This document shows, one piece after another, positions 24,556 to 37,100 of a stretch of DNA of 64,000 bases. Numbering within the stretch: position 1 is the first letter of the stretch; each line of letters begins with the position of its first letter. Position numbers and translations under genes: made by a program. Below the pieces are notes generated by a model. The model was given only the letters and a program-made list of their open reading frames with translations. It ran no database searches and had not been told where the DNA came from. Source of the stretch: Anthoceros angustus (lineage: Eukaryota; Plantae; Anthocerotophyta); the NCBI GenBank assembly GCA_010909165.1, contig VJWM01000172.1, positions 310,001 to 374,000 on the forward strand. The letters are read 5' to 3'.

Positions 24556-25986
24556 TCATCCAGTCCCGACCAGTGTAAGCAAAAATTGTTTGTAAGCACC
24601 AGACGTGTCGTGTGAGATCATATATTCCAATGTTTTGCCATAAAATTTCACAAACTCAGCCTTGATGTAGAACATGTCAACCTCGGCCCGTGTGACCACC
24701 AGTCGGATAAGCCTATCATCGTCCGTTCCAAGGCCTTTCATGCATTTGTGCAGAGCCTGAATTGGATATAAAATGGACGACGTCAGAACACACTGTGGAC
24801 AGCACATGCTGAGCTGAGGCAGGAGCTGGCAAAGCTGATAGCGACAGGGGGAGAAATACCTTTGCAAAGTAGCTTGCTGGATACACACAACGTACAACAG
24901 CTCGTAACGCTTTCCTAAACTGGCCTGAGGTCTCCTTCTTCACTGCCTGCAGTTCAATCTGATTTCTTAAGTACAGCTCCTCAGACGTCACTATCTGTCC
25001 GCAAAATGCCAACGTCTGCCCAAGTGCTTACCTGCTCAAAGCTATGTCCATACACTTGTCTATAAATACTGAACGTGGCCACCAGTTGGGCATTGCTGCG
25101 AGTGCTCAAAATCCTGATGTACGTGGACTCGCTAGTTCCAAGTCTACCTTCCCCTGCCCTGTACAGTTCCTTAGCTTCAGACTCCGCTATCGGTATGTAG
25201 ACGTCCGGTGTTTCAGGTCGATTAGGATTCAAGAGGGCCAAAAGGAGCTGCAGTGAAGGGAAGGGGTGCACTCGTCAGCCTGTTGCAGATTTCCACTGTT
25301 TCAGTAAGTGCAAAACATGCCACAGAAGGAACATGAGTCTCACCTTCTCAAAATCCCCACTAGTGTCAGACCTGATGTCCATTTCAAGATTACGACCATA
25401 CATCGTACTATACGCCTGTTTGATGAGGTTCAGCTGCCCCGGAGTTCGGGTGCAGACTACATCAATCAACGCTTTCTCTTTGGTACCTGCCCCTTTCAAG
25501 GCATCCCTCAGTAGATAAGCATCCCTCTGAACAGGTTCCATCATCCATAGCAGCACCGCTTTCTGCATCATCCGAAGCATGTGAGTCTGAGAACAATCGC
25601 TGAAATACGCGTTTCCAGGGTCTCTGCTACAGTCCAGACAACCATTACGAAGCTCACCTGTAGGTTACCGTGCAGTTCCGACTTGAGCCTGTGCGCCAGC
25701 TCTTCTCCAAACATTGCCTTGTAAGCGAGTGCAAGTTCATATCGCTGAGGCGCGTTCCGATGGCCAAGTATTTCTACGACTTTCTTGTCATTGCATCCGA
25801 AACCTGCCATCACGAAAAAAGAGAGTTCCAAGAGCTACGGCCCCGAACGCAGCATTTCCAAATCCCCCTAGCCAAGCCTTTCTCAGAAGCGGGATCCAGA
25901 GTCGAGCACCAACCTTTGAAGGCCTTATGCAGCTCCTTACAGTCGTCGTTACTGTTAGCGTAGCGCGGTATTACAACCGTGGCCAT
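24556..25986 (-). CDS. ANN: Annexin (four repeats), 6 exons
   Basis: Exons 25986-25914, 25803-25658, 25562-25344, 25247-25032, 24946-24860, 24756-24556. KAFKGFGCND, LKGAGTKE, GEGRLGTSE, MKGLGTDDDRLIRLVVTRAE, DTSG motifs. Confidence 0.96.
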
Positions 25987-27764
25987 CAACACAGCAGTCG
26001 GGCTACCTCACAATCGATCTCCGATCAGCCGTGCTGGCCTCAAATGAATGCAGTACGCAGAGGGAGGAAGCCACAGTTGTGATCAAAGTGAGGAGTCCTT
26101 CCAACATGATTGCTGTGCACCTACAGTTTATGCAAATAGGTCAGGAGATCACACCGCTGTGTCCAGGAAACGCGTGTCCCAGGCCGTGTACGGAGGCCAG
26201 CCCACGTCAACACGTGTTAGACCCTTGCACACTGCAGTTTCGTCGTTGCAATTTCTGAGAAAACAAAATGCTCACCGCGTTTTCAGACGCCTTGCTGGCC
26301 ACGATAACCGATGTCTCCTTCGGGATGCGTTTAGCGGCCTGTTCAAAGGTGTACATACATATCTCGGTGTAAGTTAATGGCGATGTGCTCCACTTTAACC
26401 CCAGAATGACCGACGGGGACCCAGCCTATTTTTTAGATAATTCATTGATTGCATTCTTTTTAATTTTGGTAAGATTCTTTATAATTCAAAACTTTGAGAA
26501 TGTGACACACTCTGTAGGTATTGTGAGAGGAAAGGGCTGTTTAAGCTAATTGTCTTGGTGTACGCGCTATGGAGGCGGGTTGTTAAATTTAGGGAGCTGA
26601 CATGCGCGCAACGAACTTTCCAGCATAGGAAGACCTTGAAAATAGAGCTAGGCGTAGTCTTACATTGGGATTTCGAAGTTAGGAACACGGGTCTCTAGAA
26701 TGTGGCCTCTTTGTTTGTAATGATAAGCCCGGTTCCTCTACGGAGCTATGGCCTTTGCTCCAACAAGCTATCCTTTTTATTCAAGTCCTCTTCTAGGTCT
26801 ATCTGTGAGACAAGGTGTACGGCCAACTAGTTGAGAAGTGTCAAGGCATTCCTACCCATTTTGACCGATATTTTTAGGGCTATTCGTTTTTAAGCTCATA
26901 AATATATTGTAATTTTTATATTTAGAAAATTATTTTATTTGATATAATAGTACATTAAGTTTTGCTGTATATGCTAGGGACAATTTATTATCCAAACTCG
27001 TAAGTGACCGACGGGCGGGAAGCCACAGGCGCAAACGAGCGGGATGCTCGTTGACTTTGTGAGGGTGATAATGAGGTTATCCACTTCCATCAGCCATGCT
27101 CCTAAGGTTGAGACTCACAATCATTGTTTTTGTGCATGCATCATGCTAAACCTTGCAAGCAGTGGATTGCCATCATGCCGTGATTCAAAGCTGGATTCTT
27201 GGGCGAAAACAGCATTACATAACTCTTCATGTTTGAGGCTAGTTGGCTGGTGAAATCCTTTGGCGAGTGATAGTAAGAAGGAGGCCATACATTTACTAAT
27301 CGTATGTATCCCATGCTAGCAGCTGCATGCCTACAACTGTATATCACGCATGTGCATAGATACATCTAACAATACCATGCATCCTTCCAATTCTCACAGA
27401 AAGCATAAAATGCTTTTGCATTGTGGATGAAGTTTCGATGGGCTGCAACACAATCGCCTTTGGTTATCATTTATGGTACATCCTCCGATGCACAATGCCC
27501 AGCGTATGCTTCTATGAGAAAACCGCTTCTTCCAATACTTCAAAGCCCGAAAATTGCGATCTGAACATCTTCCTCTATCCCTCTACTAAGACGTAAACAA
27601 GGTTGATCACTCTCTCAATTTTGTCTTCATTTGTGTCTTGTCTAGGTGAGAATGAGAGCTTTGTGAGATTGTGCATGTCTTGGGTCAAGAGTCAATCGCC
27701 GAGATCCTAGGACTCTGCAAAGCAAGCACTTGTCATTAGTTCAGGTAAGCTGCATAATAAGGAG

Positions 27765-27842
27765 TGTTACTTTATGGTATCAGGGCATAGTCCATGCTCC
27801 AAGTGTTTACTTTATGGTATCAGGGCATAGTCCATGCTCCAA
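27765..27842 (+). repeat. ~40-bp tandem duplication containing TGGTATCAGGGC
   Basis: TACTTTATGGTATCAGGGCATAGTCCATGCTCCAA x2. Confidence 0.85.
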
Positions 27843-27889
27843 ATGTTAATCGAGGAGACAAGATGGTTGACTCAAGCAAGCATAGCAAA

Positions 27890-28115
27890 CCAAAATTGAA
27901 TAATTGGCAACAATCATATGACACTAAACAATCGATAGTATGATACTAAACAATCGGTAGTGTGACATTAAACTAGTTGGCTATCATTATGGTTGGCTTT
28001 ATAGTTTGTATTGACCAAAATAGAACAATTAGCAACAATCGTGTGACACTAAACAATTGGCAATGTGACACTAAACTAATTGGCTGTCATTATGGTTAGC
28101 TTTCTAGTTTGTATT
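27890..28115 (+). repeat. Two imperfect ~110-bp repeats with GACACTAAAC subunits
   Basis: CAACAATC...GACACTAAACAAT...TTGGCT(A/G)TCATTATGGTT(G/A)GCTTT...TAGTTTGTATT x2. Confidence 0.7.
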
Positions 28116-29426
28116 TCTAGGGCTGAAGCTGAGAACAAGGATATGGAGGACGGTGATGCCGCTAAGGTGAGGCAGGACATAGTTAAAGAAGGGTTTGTGG
28201 TAATTTTAATGAAGATTTTGACGGAAGTAAGGTACTTTGTTTAGTCGACAGCAAAGAGGTTCCACTTGCATTCCTTGTAGTAACGCTCGCCATCCATTTC
28301 CTTACGCTAGCCAAACCTCGTCCTTGGGCCTTGAGAATAGCTCCATTGCTCCATTCGGCAGCTGGTTCTTGGGGAATTGTGCCGAAAGTAGAATCGCTCG
28401 CCTATTCTCCTCTAGAATAAGGTATGTTTGCTAAAAATGTCCTACAGTTGATCTCAAAGGATGGCTTCACATTGTGGCATCCTCTGGGAGCTTCCCCTCT
28501 TCCTTGGTCACTCTAAGCCGCCTTGCATAGTGCTCTTGCACCAAGGTGGGGCTAGAATAGTCCCATCTTGATACATATTGATAAGGGCATGCAAGGATTA
28601 TGGCAACACAGCCACTCAAATGTCTCCGGCCAGTCCCACGATTTCAAGACATATTCACAGTCACGAACTGCTCACCTCCATCCTAAAGTCATCAACACCG
28701 TTTTGCCCCCATCTCAGTTTGTCTTGTCAATTGCAACAACCAGGTCGAACATTCCATATGAGTTTGAAGGGCCGCGTGGCAGCTGAGAAAGAGGTCTTGA
28801 AGCGCCATGGCTACCAATAGTTCTTCGATGTTGGGCACAGTAAGGACTACAAATAATGTTCTGATGTAGTTCACACCATCCCTCTAAGGAGGCTCTCCAA
28901 GTGGTACTGTCGACAGGGGGAGAAATACAATGATGGGCAGTTTTGGTGCTGTAAGAGGATGTCAGGCATATCAGACCTCCCTAGCAAGCCTTTGACATAA
29001 ACCATGCCTTCTCCATGAAAGCAAAGCTCCTTCCGGAACAAGTCCACCAATTTTTCATCACCTTGCACTAACAGACCAGGTGTTTTGCATGTACTTGTAA
29101 AACCCTAGTTAGTCTGGGTTTTGGGCATTTTGGAGACTACCTTAACAGGGTTGGCGGCTGTCATGGCACACAGGGGTCATGTCAGTTTGGGTGGTGTGGG
29201 CAGGACATGCCCATAAAGGGCATGTCCAGTCATCCTGTATGCATGTGGGATGCAGGCATGCGCGTGTGTAAGGTGTGCGAATGTGTGGGTAATTAGATGG
29301 CATGTGCACATGTATTAATGGTATGACATAGATGTCATGGTATGCATGATTGGTGTGTGTGTATTTGGATGAGGTCAAGTGATGTGAACTGACATGAAGG
29401 ACAAGCGCAATTAAAGTGAAGCAGGG

Positions 29427-29720
29427 TTAATCCTTGATTGGCCATACAAAACTCCTAAAATCAGGCACCTCAGTAAGACACTTCACTTGAGGTCTCGGAA
29501 AATATGCCTTCTCCAAAATAGCCTGTATTTGAGGCAAAGTAAAAGCCTCCTTGTGCCGCAGGATGGTCGAAAATCGGCTAAACATTTGATCAATCTGATC
29601 ATGCGTATATGCAACCATCAAGAAACTAACCTTGATCTTCTCAAAAACGCCTAACTCGATAAGCATATTCAAGTAAGCAAATAGTAGATGGTTCTTATTC
29701 TTGTTCTTGCCAGACGTCCG
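29427..29720 (-). pseudogene. DUF7869-type (Sola-like) DDE transposase, C-terminal part; duplicate at ~30640-30925
   Basis: GKNKNKNHLLFAYLNMLIELGVFEKIKVSFLMVAYTHDQIDQMFSRFS matches the DNxxxxNKN...FLxVGHTHEDIDQxFS consensus. Confidence 0.75.
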
Positions 29721-29779
29721 GCGCTTAACGAAAATGAAAATAGGCACATGAGACAAAAAACAGACTATCTGTAATCTCC

Positions 29780-30340
29780 TTGGCACGAAAACGAAGGCTA
29801 GTTCGGAAGCTATTCCTCTCATCAATGACACACAAGTTTTTGCGCCGAACGTCCGGCCATCGCCCGGATGTCGGCGCAAAGTACTTGACCCGATTTGGGC
29901 GCCGCCGTCGCATTGTCTTGGGACATTCGGCGACGGAAACAATACCCTCCGGCTGGGAGCCGAATCGTGGTGGCGTCGGCCCGACAAAAACGCGGTTGGC
30001 CGGTTGTCAGCTGGCCGGACGTCCGGCCGCAGCAATAGCCCCGGTTGGGTGTCGAAAACGTATGTTGCGCCGGACGTCGCGCATGGGCATAAACGCCGCG
30101 GTTGGATCTTTATACGGCCATGTTGCCGGATGTCCGGCGCGAATTTTGGTCGCCGGCCTTCAGGGCGTTGTGCCGGGCAACAACAGCCCGTTGGCGCCAA
30201 AATAGTTTATTCTGGGCGTTGGCGCGCCGGCTCTTGACCCGTTGGCGCCAAAACGATCGTGTTGCCGGACGTCCGGCCCGAATATCTTCTTGATCTTGCT
30301 AGTCGAAATTGACGGTGAGCCCAAAGTGTGCCGGACGTCC
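29780..30340. repeat. Dispersed array of palindromic CGGACGTCCG / GCCGGATGTCCGGC motifs (also 31020-31550)
   Basis: Motif visible at ~29850, 30016, 30072, 30128, 30265, 30331, 31210, 31305, 31464 and 31538. Confidence 0.75.
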
Positions 30341-31574
30341 GGGTTTTGGGCATTTTGGAGACTACCTTATGAGGTTGGCGGTGTCATGGCACACAGGGTC
30401 ATGTCGGTTGGGTGGTGTGGGCGGGACATGCCCATAAAGGGCATGTCCGGTCATCATGCATGTGGGATGCAGGCATGCGCGTGTAAGGTGTGCGAATGTG
30501 GGTAATTAGATGGCATGTGCACATGTATTAATGGTATGACATAGATGTCATGGTATGCATGATTGGTGTGTGTGTATTTGGATGAGGTCAAGTGATGTGA
30601 ACTGACATGAAGGACAAGCGCAATTAAAGTGAAGCAGGGTTAATCCTTGATTGGCCATACAAAACTCCTAAAATCAGGCACCTCAGTAAGACACTTCACT
30701 TGAGGTCTCGGAAAATATGCCTTCTCCAAAATAGCCTGTATTTGAGGCAAAGTAAAAGCCTCCTTGTGCCGCAGGATGGTCGAAAATCGGCTAAACATTT
30801 GATCAACTGATCATGCGATGCAACCATCAAGAAACTAACCTTGATCTTCTCAAAAACGCCTAACTCGATAAGCATATTCAAGTAAGCAAATAGTAGATGG
30901 TTCTTATTCTTGTTCTTGCCGGACGCTTAACGAAAATGAAAATAGGCACATGAGACAAAAAGCAGACTATCTGTAATCTCCTTGGCACGAAGGCTAGTTA
31001 AGCTATTCCTCTCATCAATGACACACAAGTTTTTGCGCCGAACGTCGGCGTCGCCACCGGATGTCGGCAAGAGGCGACCCGATTGGCGCGCAACCGTCGC
31101 ATTATATCATTGACGCCGCGGAAACAATACCCTCCGGTGGAGCGAAGCTGAAATGGTGCGCGGGGCCCGCCACGGCACGGCAAAAGCCGGTTGGGCGCCG
31201 TCATCAGCTGGACGTCCGGCGCCGCGGCAGAATAGCCCCGGTTGGGTGTCGAATCATGTTGCGGGCGATCGTAACGGCCGGTTGGTCATATAGCTATCGC
31301 TTAGCCGGATGTCCGGCGCGACGGCGCTGCTTGACCCGATTGTCGCCAAATCTAGCGCTTCACAGGGCGTTGTGCAGGCAACAACAGCCTCCTTGCGCCA
31401 AAATAGTTTTGTTATGCTGGGCGTATGGGCGCTCACCCGTTGGCGCCAAAATGTCGTGTTGCACCGGACGTCCGGCCCCGAATATCTTCTTCGATGCTGC
31501 TTGCTGCCGAGTCGAACTGAGCTGAGCCCAAAGTGTGCCGGACGTCCGGCGCACTTTGGGTTGTGCTCGCTTCT

Positions 31575-31979
31575 GGAGACTCGAGAAGAAGGATAGGAGG
31601 GGTCTGTACGGACAAAAACTTTCCGAGATACAATCACTACCCTTTCACATTTGGTTAGTCAAGTGGTGGATCGAGGAGTACCTTGTGATTGCCTGTATCA
31701 TGTATTCTTGATCCCTCTTTTTAGGTCTTCACAAGTGGCGCAAACGCTAAATCGATTGGACTTTGGAATATTCACCCTTGGAAAGTGTTTGTTCCAGAGT
31801 TTGCAGAAGTATGAGTGGCAAACATTCGCCAGGTTTGCTCGCTACATATGTCGTTTGTAGTCTCGAAAGATTTCCCCTTTTGTATAATTGTCAGGAAGGT
31901 TGAACACCTCCACGTTTGGCAGGCGTTCTGCAAGATTCTGGAACAACCTGTCCATCCAAGCCAGTGCGGCCAGACTTGT
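31575..31979 (-). pseudogene. N-terminal part of the same transposase type
   Basis: AWMDRLFQNLAERLPNVEVFNLPDNYTKGEIF...FCKLWNKHFPRVNIPKSNRFSVCATC (W-F-MP, LP-TK, FPxVxIP-RFxxCxxC pattern). Confidence 0.65.
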
Positions 31980-34123
31980 TGTGGAATGCAAAAGTTTGGG
32001 CAACCAGCCCAAAAGAGCCGGAGGAAGAACGAACTCGATTTTTTTGGCTAAAAACGATTGAAGGGGATCATGCCGAGAATTTTCTGGAATTCTTGGAGCT
32101 GGAGCTCTAGGATCTTGGTAGGAAGACAGAGGGGATATCCCGGGTAAGAAACGGGTCAAAACGACCCTCAGGCGAGATAGGCGTTCGAGAAGGGCGGTAG
32201 GTGGCGGACTACCGCCGTGAGTCGCCACACTCACCCAGAGGTCGAGGAGGAAGAGCAGACTACCACGATAGGCTGGCAGACTATCGCGGTAGGCTAACGA
32301 GATCTCGGCCAAGAAAGAAAATTAGGATGGGGGATATCCACTATATATGCTCACCAATAGGGGAATAGATAAATAGGATTAATTAGAAGGTAATTAATTT
32401 GGGGTTGCGAATAGGGCAGGAAAATAGGTAATTTAGGCAGGATTAGGTATTCTAGGATGGTGAATCAAATCCAGGGTTGAGAGGCCTCCAGGTGGCAGCA
32501 ATCCAAGGAGGGCAAAGTGCAGTTTGGGCTGGAGGTGGATTATCTCAAAAGGATGCCAAGCATCCTCAAGCTCCTTACTGGTTAGGAGCCCCTCCGTCTC
32601 CCACAAATGCACCAAATAGGTGCTAAGGTAACATGGCCGTGGCCCCTCTTCATCCACGGAGTTCGGCCTAAGGAGCTTCTCCCTGTGATGAATGTAGGCT
32701 TCATACATGATGGTGCCCCAATCCGGCTTGGCCCCCCGAGAAATCTTCCACAAAAATTGGAGGAAGTTGGTGCTGAAATAGGAAGTGCGTTGGTAATTCA
32801 CCAACCCCAGGACAATCTTAGCAAAAAGCCTCCACTTCAGCTCTTTGATGTTGTCCGTCTTCCAGCCGTTCTTGGCGTGGGCCTTCACTCCTCCGTCCAT
32901 CATGTCTAAGACCTCCTGTGGGATTTCCGAGAGGGAAATCCTCTTCCCTCCATTTGTCCTCTCAAGGAGAGCAATCCCTGAGCTCTCCTCCTCCGGTCTT
33001 CCATACACTTGCCGAATGCTTGATGTCCGGTGAGGATCGGTCAGGGCATTCCTCTCCCAGCAGGCTGCCTACGATTGATGGAGGTTGATATAACACTCCT
33101 CAATCAATTCCAAATTGGTGTAGGCCCATTGGCGGCCATACACCCATCCCAATTGGAAGTTTTCTTCTTCCGCCCACTGCCTGAAATCCACCAAATCGCG
33201 GGGGTTGAGTTGCCCCGCAAAACAAGTGAACTGAGGCATCTCGAAATCGCCTCCTCCTAGCGGCGCAGCCTCCGCTGCTGCCTTCTTGCCTTTCCCCCTT
33301 CCTGAGGATGAGCCCTTGGCGGGCGGTTCCTTCCCCTTGCCTTTCCCTACTCGCAGCATGGCGCCTTACTTCTCAAGTGCTTCAAAGTGTGGGAGGAATT
33401 ACTCCCCAATTCCCAACGTTGGTGGCCTCAAAGCTTCGCTCTCAAATGCTTCCCTGGCGGCAAGACGCCAACTGAGACACAATGGCAATGTTAGTACTAG
33501 CTCACACCCTCCAGCGGCTGCCAATTCCTCCTTTGCGATCCTCTCCAGAGCAAGGCGCCGCCAGCAAGGCAGTCAAGGCGTTTCTCCTTGCACCCTCAAT
33601 TCCTTAGCGCCTTAGCGCATCATCTTCTTCTTGGAAATCTCCAGCTCGCACTTTGCGCACACGGCCGGGCTGGGTCCTCTCACCATCGCCCCATCCAGCC
33701 ATCCGCCTTCCACTCGGTAGCGGGTGATGGCGGCTGGCGCCCGTGGGCGCCGCACTATCCTCCTTCCTCTTCCCTACCGCCGTGCTGCCCTCGCGTGGGG
33801 TGCGCCAGTGGGTGAACCCCTCGCGGTAGGCACCTGGGTGGTGGCTACCTACCACTGTCCGCCTTACCCACGGGTAGGCTGCCTCCCCGGTGAGCTGAGG
33901 TGCCTCTCCTCTAGGCACCCACGAAATGGTGGGGACTCCTCCCACCCTTGGGGCTGTCACCCCTACCGTGGTAGTCTGCCCCTCATAGACTACCACAGCC
34001 CTCTATGGCCGCATCTTGCTCTCCTCCTTGCTCCTCTTGTGGGGAAAGGCCTCCCACCGCAACCTTGTTGCCTCCACCTCCCGAGGCTCTAGGAAGAGAG
34101 AAGGCTCAGCAAGTGGAGACGCA
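31980..34123 (+). mobile_element. Gypsy LTR (subfamily C) inserted in the DUF7869 transposase, truncated by a CACTA insertion
   Basis: Starts TGTGGAATGCAAAAGTTTGGGCAAC...CAAAAGAGCCG...TTTGGCTAAAA.GATTGAAG, homologous to the LTR starts at 42244(-) and 46366/59184(+). TATA-like CTATATATG at ~32341. Confidence 0.7.
32433..33359 (-). CDS. Retrotransposon accessory protein (one frameshift), homolog of the ORF at 48044
   Basis: MPQFTCF...GWVYGRQWAYTNLELIEECY...MYGRPEEE...KWRLFAKIVLGLV...RTSY...DWGTIMY...YLSTYLVHLWETEGLL aligns with MPEFNCF/QWVYGRHRAYVNLEMIEECF/VYGRPNEE/KWRTFAKILLGLV/HWGMVMY/YLSTH. Confidence 0.8.
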
Positions 34124-37100
34124 CACTACTACAAAACATATGGCTTTTTAACGCACCATATCACGTAGCAAGTTCTCGTGATATTGGTGTTATAAAAATA
34201 ATAACGCATACTTGATTATAACGTGAATGGTCGTTGGACGCCACACTCCACCGTAAGCATAATAACGTGCCATGTCCTCGTGATACATTTGCCCTTTGTG
34301 ACCGGATAAATCTTGTTCACGCCCTTTGTAACCGGATAAATTTCGTTCACCCAAGCAGGTTGGTAGCGCTGCACCGGTTGTTATACCAGTGTCCCCTTCT
34401 CTTGTGTGTAGCATGCGTGTGTGGCATGCAAAGTAGCTAGTGTTACGGTGTCCGGGAGGGCATGGCGGTGTGCCACATGGGCCAAGTAGCCGGTGTTACC
34501 GTTTCGGAGGGCATGGCGATGTGCCATATGGGCCAAGTAGCTTGTCAGATCCGGAGGCGCCATGTCACAGCTAGCAAAGATAGGAACCGGGTTGAGGGCC
34601 ACCAACCGGGGCTTAAGGGAACGAATCAATCTTGAGTTGTGGTTTGAATCTGGTTTGCCCTTAGCCAGAGCTCTTGCACATGGCTTGATGTTCTATAACT
34701 TCTAAAGGACAAGCGGTAGCAAGTTTGAACGTAGGTCACCCCTTTTCGAGTGCCGTTTATCTACCACCGCATCACATGAGTGTACGGAGTATTAGGGGGT
34801 TACTTTTTGATCTGAACACAAAATGTAGTCCCCAAGCTTGGTGCATACACCGTCATGTCCAGGCAAGCCCAAAAAAGCCATCACTAGGCATGTCAAACTT
34901 CCAAGTCCCGTCTCACAAAACACAATTTCCAAAATTGCCTAATGCCTCATGCTGCTGCTACACATGTACCGTTGAAAAACCTACGATCTCCATGCCGAGC
35001 TGCGTGCACGCCCACTACAATGCGAATGTCCGAGGCTCAAAGATGAATGCATATGTCTTGCCAAAGAACTACCTGAACCTTTCCAGGCTACCAATGCGGT
35101 GGCATGTCCTCACGATGGCATTGCAAGCTCGAGCACCTCGAATGCACATTAGACATAAAGTTTGAATAGCACACAAAGGCCTCAGTATCGTTGTAAATGA
35201 AGGGCATGCAAGAAAAGGTGGTGATGCCCCGATGCATATCAACCTCCATGGACACAATCTTCAGTTGACCGACGATCTTGCGGGCGCCTCGATGAATTCA
35301 TGGAGTGGAGGAGAGGGTCTGTCCACACAACCAGACGCTTTGGATCCTACGGGCCAACAGTAACCTCAGTTTTGGCCCCCACCGTGAGCCTCGAGGTCCT
35401 GGATCTCCCGCCCACCGCCGTAGGCTTCCATCACCCGCATGGTCTCCAACCTCGACTATAGCGATGCCTTGGCCTCGGGTCCCCGCCCAAAGGTGGCTCC
35501 GTGTCGATAACTAATACGCGTCAAACTTCTAGCCGAATAGTGGGACAAAACATCTTGCTCATCGGGTCCCGACCTCAAAGAACAATTGGGATGTTCAAGA
35601 GATGTGACTCCCTCGCGTTTCTACCACATCGGCCACAATATGCCCAATTCCTTGGCTCGGTCTTGCTGGAAATCTCAGCTCCCTGCACTTTGCGGGCCAT
35701 CGCACGGCGGCGTGGGTCCTCTCACCATCGCCCCATCCGCCCTTCCACTCAGCGCGGGTGATGGCGGCCTGGGCGCTGCCCGTGGCGCCTCGCACTATCC
35801 CTCCTTCCTCTTCCCTACCGGTAGGTCGCTTGCCCACCTCTTGGGTGCTGCCCCTCATGTAGGTGAACCCTCACCGCGGTAGCACAACACCCTCACGTGG
35901 TAGGCTGGCTACCTACCACGGTAGTCTGCCTACCCACCGGGGTAGGCTGCCGGGGTGCATCTCCTCTAGGCACCCACGAAATGGTGGGGACTCCTCCCAC
36001 CCTTGGGGTACATCACCCCTACCGTGGTAGTCGCCTCATAGACTACCACAGCCCTCTATGGCGCATCTTGCCTCCCCTCCTTGCTCCTCTTGTGGGAAAG
36101 GCCTCCCACTCCGCAACCTTGTTGCCTCCACCTCTGAGGCTCTAGGAAGAGAAGGCGGGCGACTCAGCAAGTGGAGACGCACACTACTACAAAACATATG
36201 GCTTTTAACGCACCATATATCACGTAGCAAGTTCTCGTGATATTGGTGTTATAAAATAATAACGGCATACTTGATTATAACGTGAATGGCATTGGACGTC
36301 ACACTCCACCGTAAGCATAATAACGTGCCATGTCCTCGTGATACATTTGCCCTTTGTGGGATAAATCTTGTTCACGCCCTTTGTAGGATAAATTTCGTTC
36401 ACCCAAGCGGGTTGGTAGTAGCCGGTTGTTATACCGGTGTCCCTTCTCGGTGTGTAGCATGCGTGTGTTGCATGCAAAGTAGCCAATGTCACGGTGTCCG
36501 GAGGGCATGGCGGTGCCACATGGGCCAAGTAGCCGTGTTACCGTGTCCGGAGGGCATGGCAATGTGCCATATGGGCCAAGTGGCCGTTATTCGTGTCCGG
36601 AGGCGCCATGTCACAGCTAGCACCATAGGAACCGGGTTGAGGGCCACCAAAGGGCATGTAAGGGAGCGAACTATGTCTTGAGTTGTGGTTTGAACCTGGT
36701 TTGCCCTAGCCCCGCTCTGTTGCACAGGCTTGATGTTCTATAACTTCTAAAAGGACAAGCTGGTAGCAAGTTTGGTCATCCTTTGAGTGGTTTATCTACC
36801 ACGCGACACATGAGTGTCACAGTATGAGGGGTTACTTTTGATGTGAACACAAAATGTAGTCCCCAAGCTTGGTGCATACACCGTCATGTCCAGTAAGCCC
36901 AAAAAGCCATCACTAGGCATGTCAAACTTCCAAGTCCGTCTCACAAAAACACAATCTCCAAAATTGCCTAATGCCTCATCTTCTACACATGTGTATTCGT
37001 CTTGAAAAAACCTCGATCTCCATGCGGCTGCGTGCACGTCCACTACCACAATGCGCATGATGTCCGAGGCTCAAAGATGAATGCATATGTCTTGCCGGCA

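Larger units (their letters stand above)
29116..31548. repeat. ~1.22-kb tandem duplication (29116-30340 / 30341-31548)
   Basis: GGGTTTTGGGCATTTTGGAGACTACCTTA at 29116 and 30341; CCCAAAGTGTGCCGGACGTCCG ends both units. Confidence 0.9.

Noticed and set aside
27050-27520. Degenerate copia RT/RNase H on -
   Set aside because: Only a vague DNQ...H...FLREL-like pattern; not supportable.
24842-28928. 18-bp exact match CGACAGGGGGAGAAATAC in an annexin intron (24842) and at 28911
   Set aside because: No extension on either side; one such match in 64 kb is plausible by chance.
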